Assembly (NCBI GenBank): GCA_965644265.1
Contig: OZ286477.1
Span: 40,920,001 to 40,984,000 of the forward strand
Direction of reading: 5' to 3'
DNA: 64,000 bases
Source: Glycera tridactyla
Lineage: Eukaryota
Part shown: in pieces, positions 28,137 to 40,407 of the stretch
Numbering within the stretch: position 1 is the first letter of the stretch
Layout of the letters: every line of letters starts with the position of its first letter
Program-made: the position numbers and the translations under genes
Notes under the pieces: model-generated
Databases searched by the model: none
What the model was told of the DNA's origin: nothing
What the model saw: the letters and a program-made list of their open reading frames with translations, nothing else

Positions 28137-30009
28137 CCTGATGTCGAAAGATACCTCACACTCGGTTCTTATTACTACTTTATTACATAAGGAGTATGTT
28201 TCACTAGTCTTGCTGAATTCCTGATCAGCGAAGAGGCGCCTAGTTGCCATGCCAACTACGAATATCCGGTGCTTCTCGGCACCTGCCGGCTGATTATTCA
28301 CTATACCTGGGCCTAGCTGGTCGTACCTGGATTGGTGGAATGGGGAAAGTATTCAACATTACTCGCTCTTTGAACAGGATGCCATGAGATGTGTATAATA
28401 ACGAAAACAGCTGATCAAAGCAGTCATGAATGACCGGCAACGTTGATAGTGATTCCACTAGTATACATGCTATAAAAAGGATGCTTGGGAAGATGGTAGT
28501 GCGTCAGTAACACTTCGTACTTGGTCATCAGTGTGGTATGCCTGGGAAGTCACATCCGCTCCTGCTTCATCTATCCCTGGCAATCGTTCTCAGTAAGCCA
28601 GTTCTACGTATCATCATGACGAGTACAGACAATGATCACTACTGATTATGGGAGATTATGGGATTGATCAAACTCTCAACCATCCATGAAACTGTCCAAC
28701 CAACCAACCAACCAGTCAACTAATCGATAAGCCAGAGTTGATGTTGAAAACGGGGTTGATTCTGCAGCATAGTCCCCATGAGCCTGTCAAAGCTGGTATT
28801 TTTTATGAAGTTCGAGCATGCACCTACAATCAATCAGACTTAGACAAGCTGTTAGGCTGCTATAATGGATTGTCTGAAAGGAGGCAAGTGGGGCGTGATC
28901 AGCTCCTGGTGGGAACCATAAGGTAGAATCTGGACATGTTGGCACATCAACCAGCCATGTCTGCATCAGAACCGATATCTTCACACATTTAATACTTCCA
29001 TGAGATTCACAGTCAAGGACATTTTGTATAAACCAGGGTGTGATGATTGCTGAGGAGTACGAATCAGGCTTTACCTGGGCTTTTTGGCATGTCAGCATTC
29101 CTTTTCTTCATCACAACAACAATATTCACACAGATATTGTTTAAATAAGACTAAAGGACACATATCACATAAATCAGGGTGTGATCCCCGCCTCAGCTGT
29201 ACTCGGGCGTGTTGGCATGTCAACTCACCATGTCTACATCACAGCAGATATCTCCACACAGATACTTATTCCATGGGACTCCACAAAACAGATATATGCT
29301 ATTAACTATCGAGTTACCATTGCCTTGCTGAACCGTCATATGACCCATGCTGTATTTATTACCTCGAGAATTCTAACAAGCTTTACATGGGCATATCGAC
29401 AACTTACGCTTCTATGTCTAGAGCACAGCAAACATATCGACACACACTACAAACCAGAACATGGACATGTGTCCAGCCAAACTAGTGGAAATAATCTTCG
29501 AGAATCTAAACAGCAGTATGAATAGATTGACTTACTTCTTGCAGTCAAAGCAATGAGAGAAACACTATGAACCGGGGCAGCAACTTGCATTTCTCAGGTG
29601 GATATTGTTGCATGCTGATGTAATAATTCCTATTTCGTTACACTTCACATGTGTGGACTTACTAATTATTTTGGAGTTGAGAAGTGATGCTCATAACTCC
29701 CAAGGAATATAGCCATGCCTCGGAGACCCCTCTCTGTATATTGAATATTCCATCTAATCTGATAATCTTTGCACAGGCTGCAGCGTCCATATTGAATCAC
29801 ATCTTTTCAATCCATTTATGGTCAGACTCAAGACAATTGCTGCAGAAATGTATATAGCATCTCGTGACCAATATTCGGATTCTTAACATTCACAGAAGGG
29901 ATAAAATCTCATCAGGAAGCCTTTTGCATGCCTTGATACGTAAAAATCAAAATGTGATAATCCTCTCATTTGTAATGTTATGTGTCACGCATACTTTTGC
30001 ACCAGAAAT

Positions 30010-30106
30010 ATGTAAATGCATATAAACATACATACACATATATATATTCATATATTTGTATATATATATATCTGTGTGTATGTGTGTGTAACAGTCTGTG
30101 TGTGTA

Positions 30107-30144
<38 letters not shown>

Positions 30145-30370
30145 TGCGTGTCCCATAAACAATGATAGACCACATCATGTATATATAAATGATCTCTCGC
30201 ACACACAAGAGTGCTTCGTGATTGTACCCTCTCACACACAGGGACACTGCATAGTAGGATCCTCTCACACAGGAGCTCTCATTATAGGAACACTTACACA
30301 CACACACATATATATACATGCAGACGCACACATAAAGAGACACGAATATTCTAGCATACATATGCAGACC
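30010..30370. repeat. Compound (TA)n/(TG)n/(CA)n microsatellite
   Basis: Visible dinucleotide runs. Confidence 0.9.
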
Positions 30371-31877
30371 TATAGGACCCTAACAGACAGGGGTCATGAA
30401 GATGATGACATCATCCAACCTTTGTCATGAATAGAGTAAGTTTCAAGGTCAGAATGGCCTATCAGGGATTGTAATTGTTGCTTCACGTGACCATGTTGAG
30501 GTTGGTAGACTGTAAAACGACGTTTACATTCTCAAGGTTGACATTTATGACTTGAGAAGTTCAGCACAAGATCCGTCTCTTTAGACCAAGGACAATCATC
30601 TCTTGCAGATACAAAATAGGAAGAACTCGATACTCATGTCCGAATGACGGTGTGGCTATACCCACAGGGTAGTGAGTAAGACGGTGAGGGGACAAATGCC
30701 GTGCTGATCGCAGCCATCTACTCAACAAATGTCCCTAAACCATCGTAAGACCCAGATATATTTGTTCCAAGGTCACAGGCCGTTAAAAATGAACCTGTTC
30801 TGGAGGATAGGGCTGAGGATGGCATAATGTTGTTGGGTCTAGCCGAGAAGTAAGAGCAGATATGCATGAAATCAAGGTGTTTGACCTTTCACTGAGTTTC
30901 TCTAAAAAGGGGAGGCCTCAACGTCCTACCGTCAAGGCGAAGATCGATAATCATGCGACATGTTTTGAAGGTTGTTTCATCTAGATCTGTGGCATTCTTT
31001 CAGCACCATGACAGCTTAAGATTCTTAGGCAAACAGGCCATGATCCTCTAGATGGCAAATATTCCCACCCTTTTTTGTATTCCTGTGTGAGCCAACTCAT
31101 ATTTCGCGGACATTTGAATCTGGATAGAGATGGAATTTTGTGCCCATATGCCAGGGCTTGTAATCATGACTTGTAAGGAATCTGGGAGTGTGTGTTATCA
31201 GAGTCTGGGTTAGGCTCACCAAGACACACCCATACTTCGGCTACTCAACATCAATAAAGGCATTATCTAAAATGCGTTCACCTGCCATCCCCTTTCCTCT
31301 CTCCTGCTTTATTCAGCATGTTCCTCTCTCTGTCATCTTTGATCTCTCCTCGTGAGATCCAAGGTCACCCATAAATGTGAGATCAGAGACGTACAGTTCT
31401 CATGCTGCCTTCACACGGACGCGATTTGACACACGGTTGGCGCCCAATAAGTATACCGCCGCACACCGGCAGTGAATTCATCTCCCATTTGCCTCTTTTT
31501 GTCTCTTTCTGTCTCTTTCTTTGTCAGACCGCGAGTGTCAATTCCACCAGTTCTAGGATTTAAAAGGTGTTAAAATCTTGGACAGGGAAAAGGCTCCTGT
31601 CTCTCAACCGTGATGAATCTGTGTCAGACCTGCTGCAGCCTACCTCTCTCTGTGATGAATCTGTGGCAGTTTCGTCAAAGTTTTTGAAAGGTTTGAAGCA
31701 GGATGAGTCACGTAATGATGCAGAATGACGCATATCAGGACCGATTGGACATGGATCTGTCATGGTCTGACAGAGAATGAAGCAGAATGGTGCATATGGC
31801 ACAAGTATATGACACAGACTGCCACACATTGCGTGAGGGTGAGAGACAGACTGACCAGGTTTTCATACATAATGGGA

Positions 31878-31926
31878 GTGGTGGTGGGGGCGGGGGTGGT
31901 GGTGGTGGTGGTGGTGGTGGTGGTTG
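31878..31926. repeat. (GGT)n microsatellite
   Basis: Visible; produces the poly-G/P/V ORFs in the track. Confidence 0.95.
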
Positions 31927-32369
31927 TAGTGGACAGCTAACAGCCAGTGTTATATATGGAAATTTTCCTTCTCCTAACCGTTTTACTGGTTTTGCTCTCA
32001 CACTAAGCCAATTTCACTTGAAGTCGTCACGAATACGGCTCCCGACCGCCTCAGTGTAAAGGCAGTATTACATGGAAATGGTTCCAAATCACGCTCTCCA
32101 TCTCAACCACCATGGCGAAAACCACCAAGATAACCATCATATCGTCACTCACGCCATTACAATCACCGACATCGTCCCATCGTACCGGCACCTCTCCCAT
32201 CCACCATGCAATATCCGCATGGACTGGAAGTTTTATTCTATGCAATCCAGGGATCATAATGATCAGCATCTCCCCTTCGAGAAAATCTTCATGACATTTC
32301 TGGAGAAAAGTGGAATAAGCATTAGCAGCATTTGCTTCAGACCCTCTGTGAAACGAGGTGAGATATACT

Positions 32370-32380
32370 AACAACAGGGG
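32370..32380 (+). repeat. Left target-site duplication AACAACAGGGG
   Basis: Identical 11-mer at 40397-40407; abuts the LINE tail. Confidence 0.85.
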
Positions 32381-32404
32381 TTTGTTCGTTTGTTTGTTTG
32401 TTTT
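32381..32404 (-). repeat. LINE 3' tandem tail (CAAA)n
   Basis: tttgttcgtttgtttgtttgtttt on the plus strand, about 210 bp past the ORF2 stop. Confidence 0.8.
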
Positions 32405-32613
32405 AGTTTAACGTCACTTAAACCTGCTTTTGTTATATCGGACTGAAAAACTGAAAATGCTGAAGAAGAAGAGTCACTGCATGCTGGGGGCCGTCCCTAC
32501 TCTTAGCGAAAGACAGCAGTGGATCTTCAACGTGCATAAAGGAAAAGGCTCCTAAATACACGGCCGGACTTTGATATCCCAGTTGGCATGCACTGGGTTA
32601 GCATGCACACGAT

Positions 32614-35600
32614 TCATATTTGTCTAAATATTCCCAATTCATGCAAATAACCAAATATGTCTGTTGGATCAACTCTCATGAAAAGTTGTGTCATATTCTC
32701 TACAATGTGATACTTTACTCTAGTTTGCGATAGTTTTCTACAGTCGAGCAATAAATGTTCGACAGTGAGATGGCATCCGCATGCAAAGCAATTAGGATTG
32801 CCTTGTTTTTTCAGAAGGTGTGAATGGCTGAGATATGTATGTCCTATCCTCAGATCTTCTCTCTTCTATTCATAGTTCTCACGGGGAATCTGTCCACCAG
32901 TTTTGGTCTGATGCGATATAATTTATTTCGCTTTCTTGTTCCCCTTCCATTCTGCCAGAGTTGGTCGATATAGAGCTTCATTCTTGGTTTGAAGTCAGAA
33001 TAATGGATTTCCATCTCAGTGACTGGCAAACCTAAAGCCCTTTTGGCCGATTTATCGGCTGCCTCATTTCCAGGAATTCTGATATGGCGCGGAATCCAGC
33101 GAAGTCTAACAGTCTTTTGATGATCTTTGATTATTTGATACTCTTGCAAGATTTGCAAGAGTATACAGTTCCTGAGATTCCCCTGCAAGGCCTGCAGAGA
33201 TGACAGAGAGTCAAAATTATGAACTTTTGTTTTTCCGACCTTGATAAGTATTTGAAGGCCTTAAGTAAGGCCCTTAGTTCAGCTGAGAACACTGTTGACC
33301 AATCAGGTAATCTACAGTAATAAGTTTGTGATTCTGTATAAACAGCTGCAGATGCTTTGCTGTCACATTTGGATCCATCTGTGAAGATGGCCTCATGATC
33401 ACTTTAACGTGACTTAATCTCTAGGTATCTACTTTTGTATAGCGATGGGTTGGTGTTCTCCTTTGTGGACTGAGTCAAGTCCAGATGTATCTGTGGAATG
33501 TCACAGTCCCAGTCTGCAATCTGAGCAGGATCCATCTGTGTTATTGGGAGTGTGTCAAAGTCACAACTTACAAAGTGATTTTCGAATCTTATTCCAAGTG
33601 GAGCAATGACATGGAGATTTTCTTGAATTTCCTGTTTATATTTAGGCCTGAAGACGCTCTCATGTGTTGGATTCGATGGGTTTGCTTTCGATTTCAGACA
33701 GTAAGGGAGACCTAACTTCATCCTTCGTAGATGAAGTGAAGGTTCATTGGCTTCCACATGTAGGCTTTCAGTAGGTGATGTCCGAAAGGCTCAGAGGCAT
33801 ATGAGTGAAGCTTGGTTATGGACTGTATCAAGCATTTTGAGGTTGGTTGGGCATGCAGATCCATAAATCATGCACCCACAATCTAATTGAGATCGAAAAA
33901 GAGATCTGTGAACCATGAGCAGTGTTTCCTGATCAGCTCCCCAGTCCAGTTGGGATAACACCTTCAGCATGTCAAGTGCCCGGAGGCATTTGACTTTGAG
34001 TTGCTGAATATGGGGTTTGAAAGTCAACCGTCGGTCAAAGACCAGGCCTAGGAACTTTGTTTGTTCCACTACTGGTATTGCTGATCAACCTAGAAAGAGC
34101 TCAGGTTCATCATGATGCCTTGTTGATCTACAGAAATGCATGCAAATTGTTTTAGTTCTAGAAAATTTGAAGCCATTCTTGTCTGCCCAGTCTTGAAGTT
34201 TGTATAGGGTTTGCTGTAGTTTCCTCTCCACTACCCGAACTTGTTTAGCTCCAAAGCAGATGAGAAAGTCATCTACATATAAGGAGCAATTGGTGTCCTG
34301 GGAGAGGCATACAACGATACTATTCATTTAATGCTGAAAAGGGTAACTGATAGAATGCTTCCTTGTGGGACCCCCATTTCCTGGTCGTAATTATCTGAGA
34401 AAGCGGATCCAACTCGGACACAGAAAGACCAATCCCTCAAAAACTTCTCTATGAAAATGGGCATTCTGCCTCTAAGGTTCATTTTGAGTAGATCTTTCAT
34501 AATTCCATATTTTCAGGTGGTGTCATAGGCCTTCTCCATGTCAAAAAAAAACTGCAACTAAGTGCTGCTTCTGAACAAGGGCCTCACAAATAAATGTCTC
34601 AAACCTTATCAGGTTGTCCAGTGTATTTCTGCCCTTCCGGAAACCACTCTGATATGGTGTTAGCAATTCATTCGACTCCAAGTACCAAACCAACCTCTTA
34701 TTTATCATTCTTTCCATGGTCTCACAGACACAGCTTGTGAGTGCTATTGGTCTGTAATTTACAGGATCAAATGGATCCTTACCTGGCTTTGCTATGGGGA
34801 TGACGATGGCTTCTGCCCATGAAGTGGGAAAGCATCCAGTCTCCCAAATTTGGTCGAAGATATCAAGCATCAGTTGCAAAGAGCAGGCTGGCAGATGTCT
34901 CAACATTCGATAATGGACGTCATCTTGCCCTGGGGAGGTATCATGGGATGCATTCAATGCAGTTTCTAGTTCAGTCATCGAAAAGAGCTGATTATATTCT
35001 TCTGTATTATCATATGTCAAATCAAGTTGTTTTCCTTCAGCCTTTTCTTCATAATTTTGAAATTCCTCTGAGTGATTTTCAGAAGATGAATTTTGTGCAA
35101 ATTGTGATGCTAGTGATTCCGAAATATCCTGAGGTTGCGTGATCAGATGATCATCTTTTTTTAGATGGTGGATTCGTGGGCCTCTACCCTTTCCACGGAT
35201 TCGTTGAATAATGTTCCAAGCCTCATTGATGGGTGTGTTTGAATTAAGTCCTGATACAAACTCCCTCCAACAGTGACGCTTACTGCTGCGACATGTCCTA
35301 CGAGACCTCGCCTTCAGTACTTTGTACTCAGTCAATAAGTCCACAGCAGGTCTTCTGGAGAAGTCTTTCAGTGCCGGTTTCCTTTCATCAATAGCTTCTC
35401 TGCAGTCATCGTTGAACCATGGTTTGGAAGCCTGTCCTTGATAAGGAGAGGTCTTGGGGATAGTTTGTAATGCTACACCATGCATTATCTCTGTTAAGTT
35501 TTGAATGGGATCATCTGCACTCAAAATTTCCACACTGAATAATTCTTCTTCACATAGACTGTCATACATAGTTCAGTTTGCTTTTGTGAGATTCAATATT

Positions 35601-36271
35601 GGTAGCCTGTTAGGGATCTTGTTGTCATTACTCAGTATGACAGGGAAATGGTCACTGCCATGTGGATCAGTTTCTGTCTGCCAGGTAAAATCTAGCAGAA
35701 GAGATGGGTGGCAAATGGAGAGGTCAATAGATGTGAAAGATCCACTCCCTGGGTGGAAATAGGTGGGGGCGCCATCATTCCAAATACTTAGGTTTTCATG
35801 GTTGATAAATTCTTCAACCACATCACCCCTAGCGTCGGAATTTTTTCCTCCCCACATAGCATTATGTGCATTGAAGTCCCCCAGCATTATGGCTGGGGCT
35901 GATAGTTGATCGTAAAGTCTATTGAGTTTTCCCACAGTAATAGTTTCGCTAGGGGGAAGATAGATTGAACAAATTGAGATTGTCCTATCCAATGTGATTC
36001 GGGTAGCCACTGCCTTCAAAGTTGTAGTCAGTGGAATCTGCAATTGCGGGATGTTTTGCCTGACAAGCAGAGCCACGCCTCCATGTGGTCGGTTGGCATG
36101 GTCAATGGTGGCTTTCATATCATAGGTGACATATCCACGGAGTTCGATATCTTTTTGCATGAAGGTTTCCTGAAGACATATCACTGATGGGTAATATTTA
36201 GCTACTGATAAATCTAATTCATGCTTATTAGCTCTGAGACCACGACAATTCCACTGTAGTAAGACTGTCAT
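32614..36271 (-). pseudogene. LINE ORF2 (AP endonuclease, reverse transcriptase, RNase H, C-terminal CCHC), frameshifted
   Basis: APE: QWNCRG, CLQET, GDFNAH, GSDHFP. RT: NYRPIALTS, YQSGFR, LYVDD, KFLG. RNase H: FTDGSK, WIP, GNEAADK. C-terminus: RIGHTYLSHSHLL...CFACGCHLTVEHLLLDC, stop at 32614-32616. Confidence 0.93.
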
Positions 36272-36304
36272 GGCTGTCCATTCATTTTATGATTGCCCTT
36301 TTTG

Positions 36305-37206
36305 CTACCTCCCCCCTTTGTTGGGTGGTGGACCTTGGAAGAGCACCCTGATCCTGACTTTCACTACAGTAGCAACCTCGGCATATGTGCCCCGACTCAG
36401 AGTTTGAGCAGTTTGAGCCTCAACTTTTGCTTTTGCATCAGAATATGAAAGCTTCTGTTCCACTTTCAGCTGTTGAATAGCCTTTTCTTTCAGCCAGATG
36501 GGACATTGTTTCGAGCTTGAAGAGTGATTGCCTGAGCAGTTCACACAATTAGGTGGACCTGCATAGTCATCACTGTCATGGTTGCTCTTGCCACATTTAT
36601 GACAAACACTCTTCCCCTTGCAGGTGTTTTGTCCATGACCATACTTCTGGCATTGGAAACACCTGAGAGGATTGGGTAAATAAATGTCAACTTTCACTCT
36701 CAGGTACCCATGTAGATATTTGTTGGGAGATCTGGATTATTGAACATCAAGAGGAAGGTGTTAGTCTTGATAGTCTGGCCATCGCGCTTAAAAGTGAAAC
36801 ATTTCACTCTAGCTATTCCCTGTGGAGCAAGTTCCTGCAGGATATTCTCATCTGACATGTCAGAGAGGTCTCTTCAGCGGATGACTCCTTAACATGTATT
36901 CAAGGTCCTGTGTGGAGTCACCTTGACCGGGACTGAGACGAGCTGTTTCACTTTTTGTAGCATCTTGCAGTGACCTGGCTGACTACACTCAATCAATAGC
37001 ATGCCATTACGAAGTCTCTTAACTTTCAGAGAGGATGAAATTGCCTGCATACCCTTATTCACAAGAAAAGAGTTGAGTCTGGACAGAGGGTTATTTCCAT
37101 CCGTACCTTCCATAATCCAGTACTTGGACCAATCATCAATATTTCCAGTGTTGGAATCATCATCGTTCTTCTTTTCAGGTTCAGAGTTGGGTTTTTTTGG
37201 ATCCAT
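36305..37206 (-). pseudogene. LINE ORF1 (gag-like nucleic-acid chaperone with zinc knuckles), disrupted
   Basis: TLNTC.GVIR..DL...TNTFLL.F...PNPLRCFQCQKYGHGQNTC, CHKCGKSNH, CVNCSGNH....CP; internal stops. Confidence 0.88.
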
Positions 37207-37324
37207 TTGTGTTTGTTGAATATTCAGTGCCGAAGCTCCCCACCCTTACTTCGAGCGCAATGTGGCGAGAACAGAGGTGTGATACATAATCATCACTTGT
37301 ACCTCAGGGCTACCACCGCACTAT

Positions 37325-40300
37325 ATACTCTTGCAAGATTTGCAAGAGTATATAGTTTCTGAGATTTCCCTGCAAGGTCTGCAGAGATGACAGGGAGTCT
37401 GTGAAAATTATGAACTTTTGTTTTTCCTACCTTGATAACTATTTGAAAGCCATTAGTAAGGCTCTTAGTTCAGCTGAGAACACTGTCGACCAATCAGGTA
37501 ATCTACAGTAATAAGTTTGTGATTCTGTATAAACAGCTGCAGATGCTTTGCTGTCACATTTGGATCCATCTGTGAAGATGGCCTCATGATCACTATAACG
37601 TGACCTAATCTCTAGGTATCTACTTTTGTATAGCCATGGGTTGGTGTTCTCCTTTGTGGACTGAGTCAAGTCCAGATGTATTTGTGGAATGTCACAGTCC
37701 CAGTCTGCAATCTGAGCAGGATCCATCTGTGATATTGGGAGTGTGTCAAAGTCACAACTTCCAAAGTGATTTTCGAATCTTATTCCAAGAGGAGCAATGA
37801 CATGGAGATTTTCTTGAAATTCCTGTTTATATTTAGGCCTGAAGACACTCTCATGTGTTGGATTCGATGGGTTTGCTTTCAATTTCAGACAGTACTGGAG
37901 ACCTAACTTTATCCTCCGTAGATGAAGTGAAGGTTCATCGGCTTCCACATGTAGGCTTTCAGTAGGTGATGTCCGAAAAGCTCGGAGGCATATGCGTAAG
38001 GCTTGGTTATGGACTGTATCAAGCATTTTGAGGTTGGTTGGGCATGCAGATCCATAAATCATGCACCCATAATCTGATTTAGATCAAATAAGAGATCTGT
38101 GAACCATGAGCAGTGTTTCCTGATCAGCTCCCCAGTCCAGATGGGATAACACCTTCAGCATGTCGAATGCCCGGAGGCATTTGACTTTGAGTTGCTGAAT
38201 ATGGGGTTTGAAAGTCAATCGTCGGTCAAAGACCAGGCCCAGGAACTTTGTTTGTTCCACTACTGGTATAGCTGATCCACCTAGAAAGAGCTCAGGCTCA
38301 TCATGATGCCTCGTTGATCCACAGAAATGCATGCAAACTGTTTTGGTTTCAGAAAATTTGAAGCCATTCTTGTCAGCCCAGTTTTGAAGTTTGTATAGGG
38401 TTTGCTGTAGTTTCCTCTCCACTACCCGAACTTGTCTAGCTCCATAGCTGATGAGAAAGTCATCTACATATAAGGAGCAATTGGTGTCCTGGGAGAGGCA
38501 TTCAACAATACTATTCATTTCAATGCTGAAAAGGGTAACTGATAGAATGCTTCCTTGTGGGACCCCATTTCCTGGTCGAAATTATCTGAAAAAGTAGATC
38601 CAACTCGGACACGGAAAGACCGATCCTTTAAAAACTCCTCTATGAAAATGGGCATTCTGCCTCTAAGGTTCATTTTGAGTAGATCTTTCATAATTCCATA
38701 TTTCCAGGTGGTGTCATAGGCCTTCTCCATGTCAAAGAAAACTGCAACTAAGTGCTGCTTCTGAACAAGGGCCTCACGAATAAATGTCTCAAACCTTATC
38801 AGGTTGTCCAGTGTATTTCTGCCCTTCCGGAAACCACTCTGATATGGTGTTAGCAATTCATTCGACTCCAAGTACCAAACTAACCTCTTATTTATCATTC
38901 TTTCCATGGTCTTACAGATGCAGCTTGTGAGTGCTATTGGTCTGTAATTTACAGGATCAAATGGATCCTTACCTGGCTTTGCTATGGGGATGACGATGGC
39001 TTCTGCCCATGAAGTGGGAAAGCATCCAGTCTCCCAACTTTGCTCAAAGAAATCAAGCATCAGTTGCAAAGAGCAGGCTGGCAGATGTCTCAGCATTTGA
39101 TAATGGACGTCATCTTGCCCTGGGGAGGTATCATGGGATGCATTCAATGCAGTTTCTAGTTCAGTCATCGAAAAGAGCTGATTATATTCTTCTGTATTAT
39201 CATATGTCAAATCAAGTTGTTTTCCTTCAGCCTTTTCTTTATAATTTTGAAATTCCTCTGAGTGATTTTCAGGAGATGAATTTTGTGCAAATTGTGACGC
39301 TAGTGATTCTGAAATATCCTGAGGTTGCGTGATCAGATGATCAGTTTTTTTCAGATGGTGGATTCATGGGCCTCTACCCTTTCCACGGATTCGTTGAATC
39401 ATGTTTCAAGCCTTATTGATGGGTGTGTTTGAATTAAGTCCTGATACAAACTCCCTCCAACAGTGATGCTTACTGCTGCGACATGTCCTACGAGACCTCG
39501 CCTTCAGTACTTTGTACTCAGTCAATAAGTCTGCAGCAGGTCTTCTGGAGAAGTCTTTCAGTGCTTGTTCCCTTTCATCAATAGCTTCTCTGCAATCATC
39601 GTTGAACCATGGTTTGGAAGCCTGTCCTTGATAAGGAGAGGTCTCGGGGATAGTTTATAACGCTACACCATGCATTATCTCTGTGAAGTTTTGAATTGGA
39701 TCATCTGCACTCAAAATGTCCACACTGGATAATTTTTCCTTACATAGACTGTCATACATAGTCCAGTTTGTTTTGTGAGATTCCATGTTGGTAGCCTGTC
39801 AGGGATCTTGTTGTGATTACTAAGTATGATAGGGAAATGGTCACTGCCATGTTGATCAGTTTCTGTCTGCCAGGTAAAATCTAGTAGAAGAGATGGATGG
39901 CAAATGGAGAGGTCAATAGATGTGGAAGATCCACTCCCTGGATGAAAATAGGTTGGGGCTTATCATTCCAGATACTTAGGTTTTTATGATTGATAAATTC
40001 TTCAACCACATCACCCCTAGCGCCAGAATTTTCTCCTCCCCATATAGCATTATGTGCATTGAAGTCCCCCAGCATTATGGCTGGGGCTGATAGTTGATCG
40101 TGAAGTCTATTGAGTTTTCCCACAGTAATAGTTTCGCTAGGGGGAAGATAGATTGAACAAATTGAGATTGTCCTATCCAATGTGATTCGGGTAGCCACTG
40201 CCTTCAAAGTTGTAGTCAGTGGGATCTGTGATTGTGGAATGTTCTGCCTGACAAGCAGAGCCACACCTCCATGCGGTCGATTTGCATGATCAATGGTGGC

Positions 40301-40394
40301 TTTTATATTATAGGTAATATATCCACGGAGTTCGATATCTTTTTGCATGAAGGTTTCCTGGAGACATATCACTGCTGGGCAATATTTAGCTACT
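37325..40394 (-). mobile_element. Second LINE copy, truncated at both ends (partial APE, RT, partial RNase H)
   Basis: Aligns with about 33139-36205 of copy 1; homology stops at atactc (37325) and aatatttagctact (40394). Confidence 0.93.
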
Positions 40395-40396
40395 AA

Positions 40397-40407
40397 AACA
40401 ACAGGGG
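40397..40407 (+). repeat. Right target-site duplication AACAACAGGGG
   Basis: Identical to 32370-32380; begins 2 nt after LINE homology ends. Confidence 0.85.

Larger units (their letters stand above)
19420..28610 (+). repeat. Left arm (A) of a ~9 kb inverted segmental duplication
   Basis: Reverse complement aligns throughout with 41870-50560, e.g. ORF 22014-22220(-) vs 47385-47714(+) and 24973-25164(+) vs 44667-44852(-). Confidence 0.92.
32381..37324 (-). mobile_element. Near full-length I-group (Nimb/I-like) non-LTR retrotransposon, inactivated
   Basis: Short 5' UTR, gag-like ORF1 with CCHC knuckles, ORF2 with APE-RT-RNase H-CCHC, 3' UTR and (CAAA)n tail. Clade is assigned from domain architecture only. 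Confidence 0.93.

Noticed and set aside
30400-30560. Faint minus-strand similarity to an L2/CR1 endonuclease motif (QHV.E.T...GH.LDL)
   Set aside because: It needs several frameshifts to assemble, and no other endonuclease or RT motifs are nearby.
31438-31447. TGGCGCCCAA matches the start of a tRNA-Lys primer-binding site
   Set aside because: Only 10 nt match, with no LTR pair, gag or pol nearby.
31725-32374. Poly-G/P/V and His-rich ORFs
   Set aside because: Translation artefacts of (GGT)n and CAT/CAC-rich low-complexity sequence.
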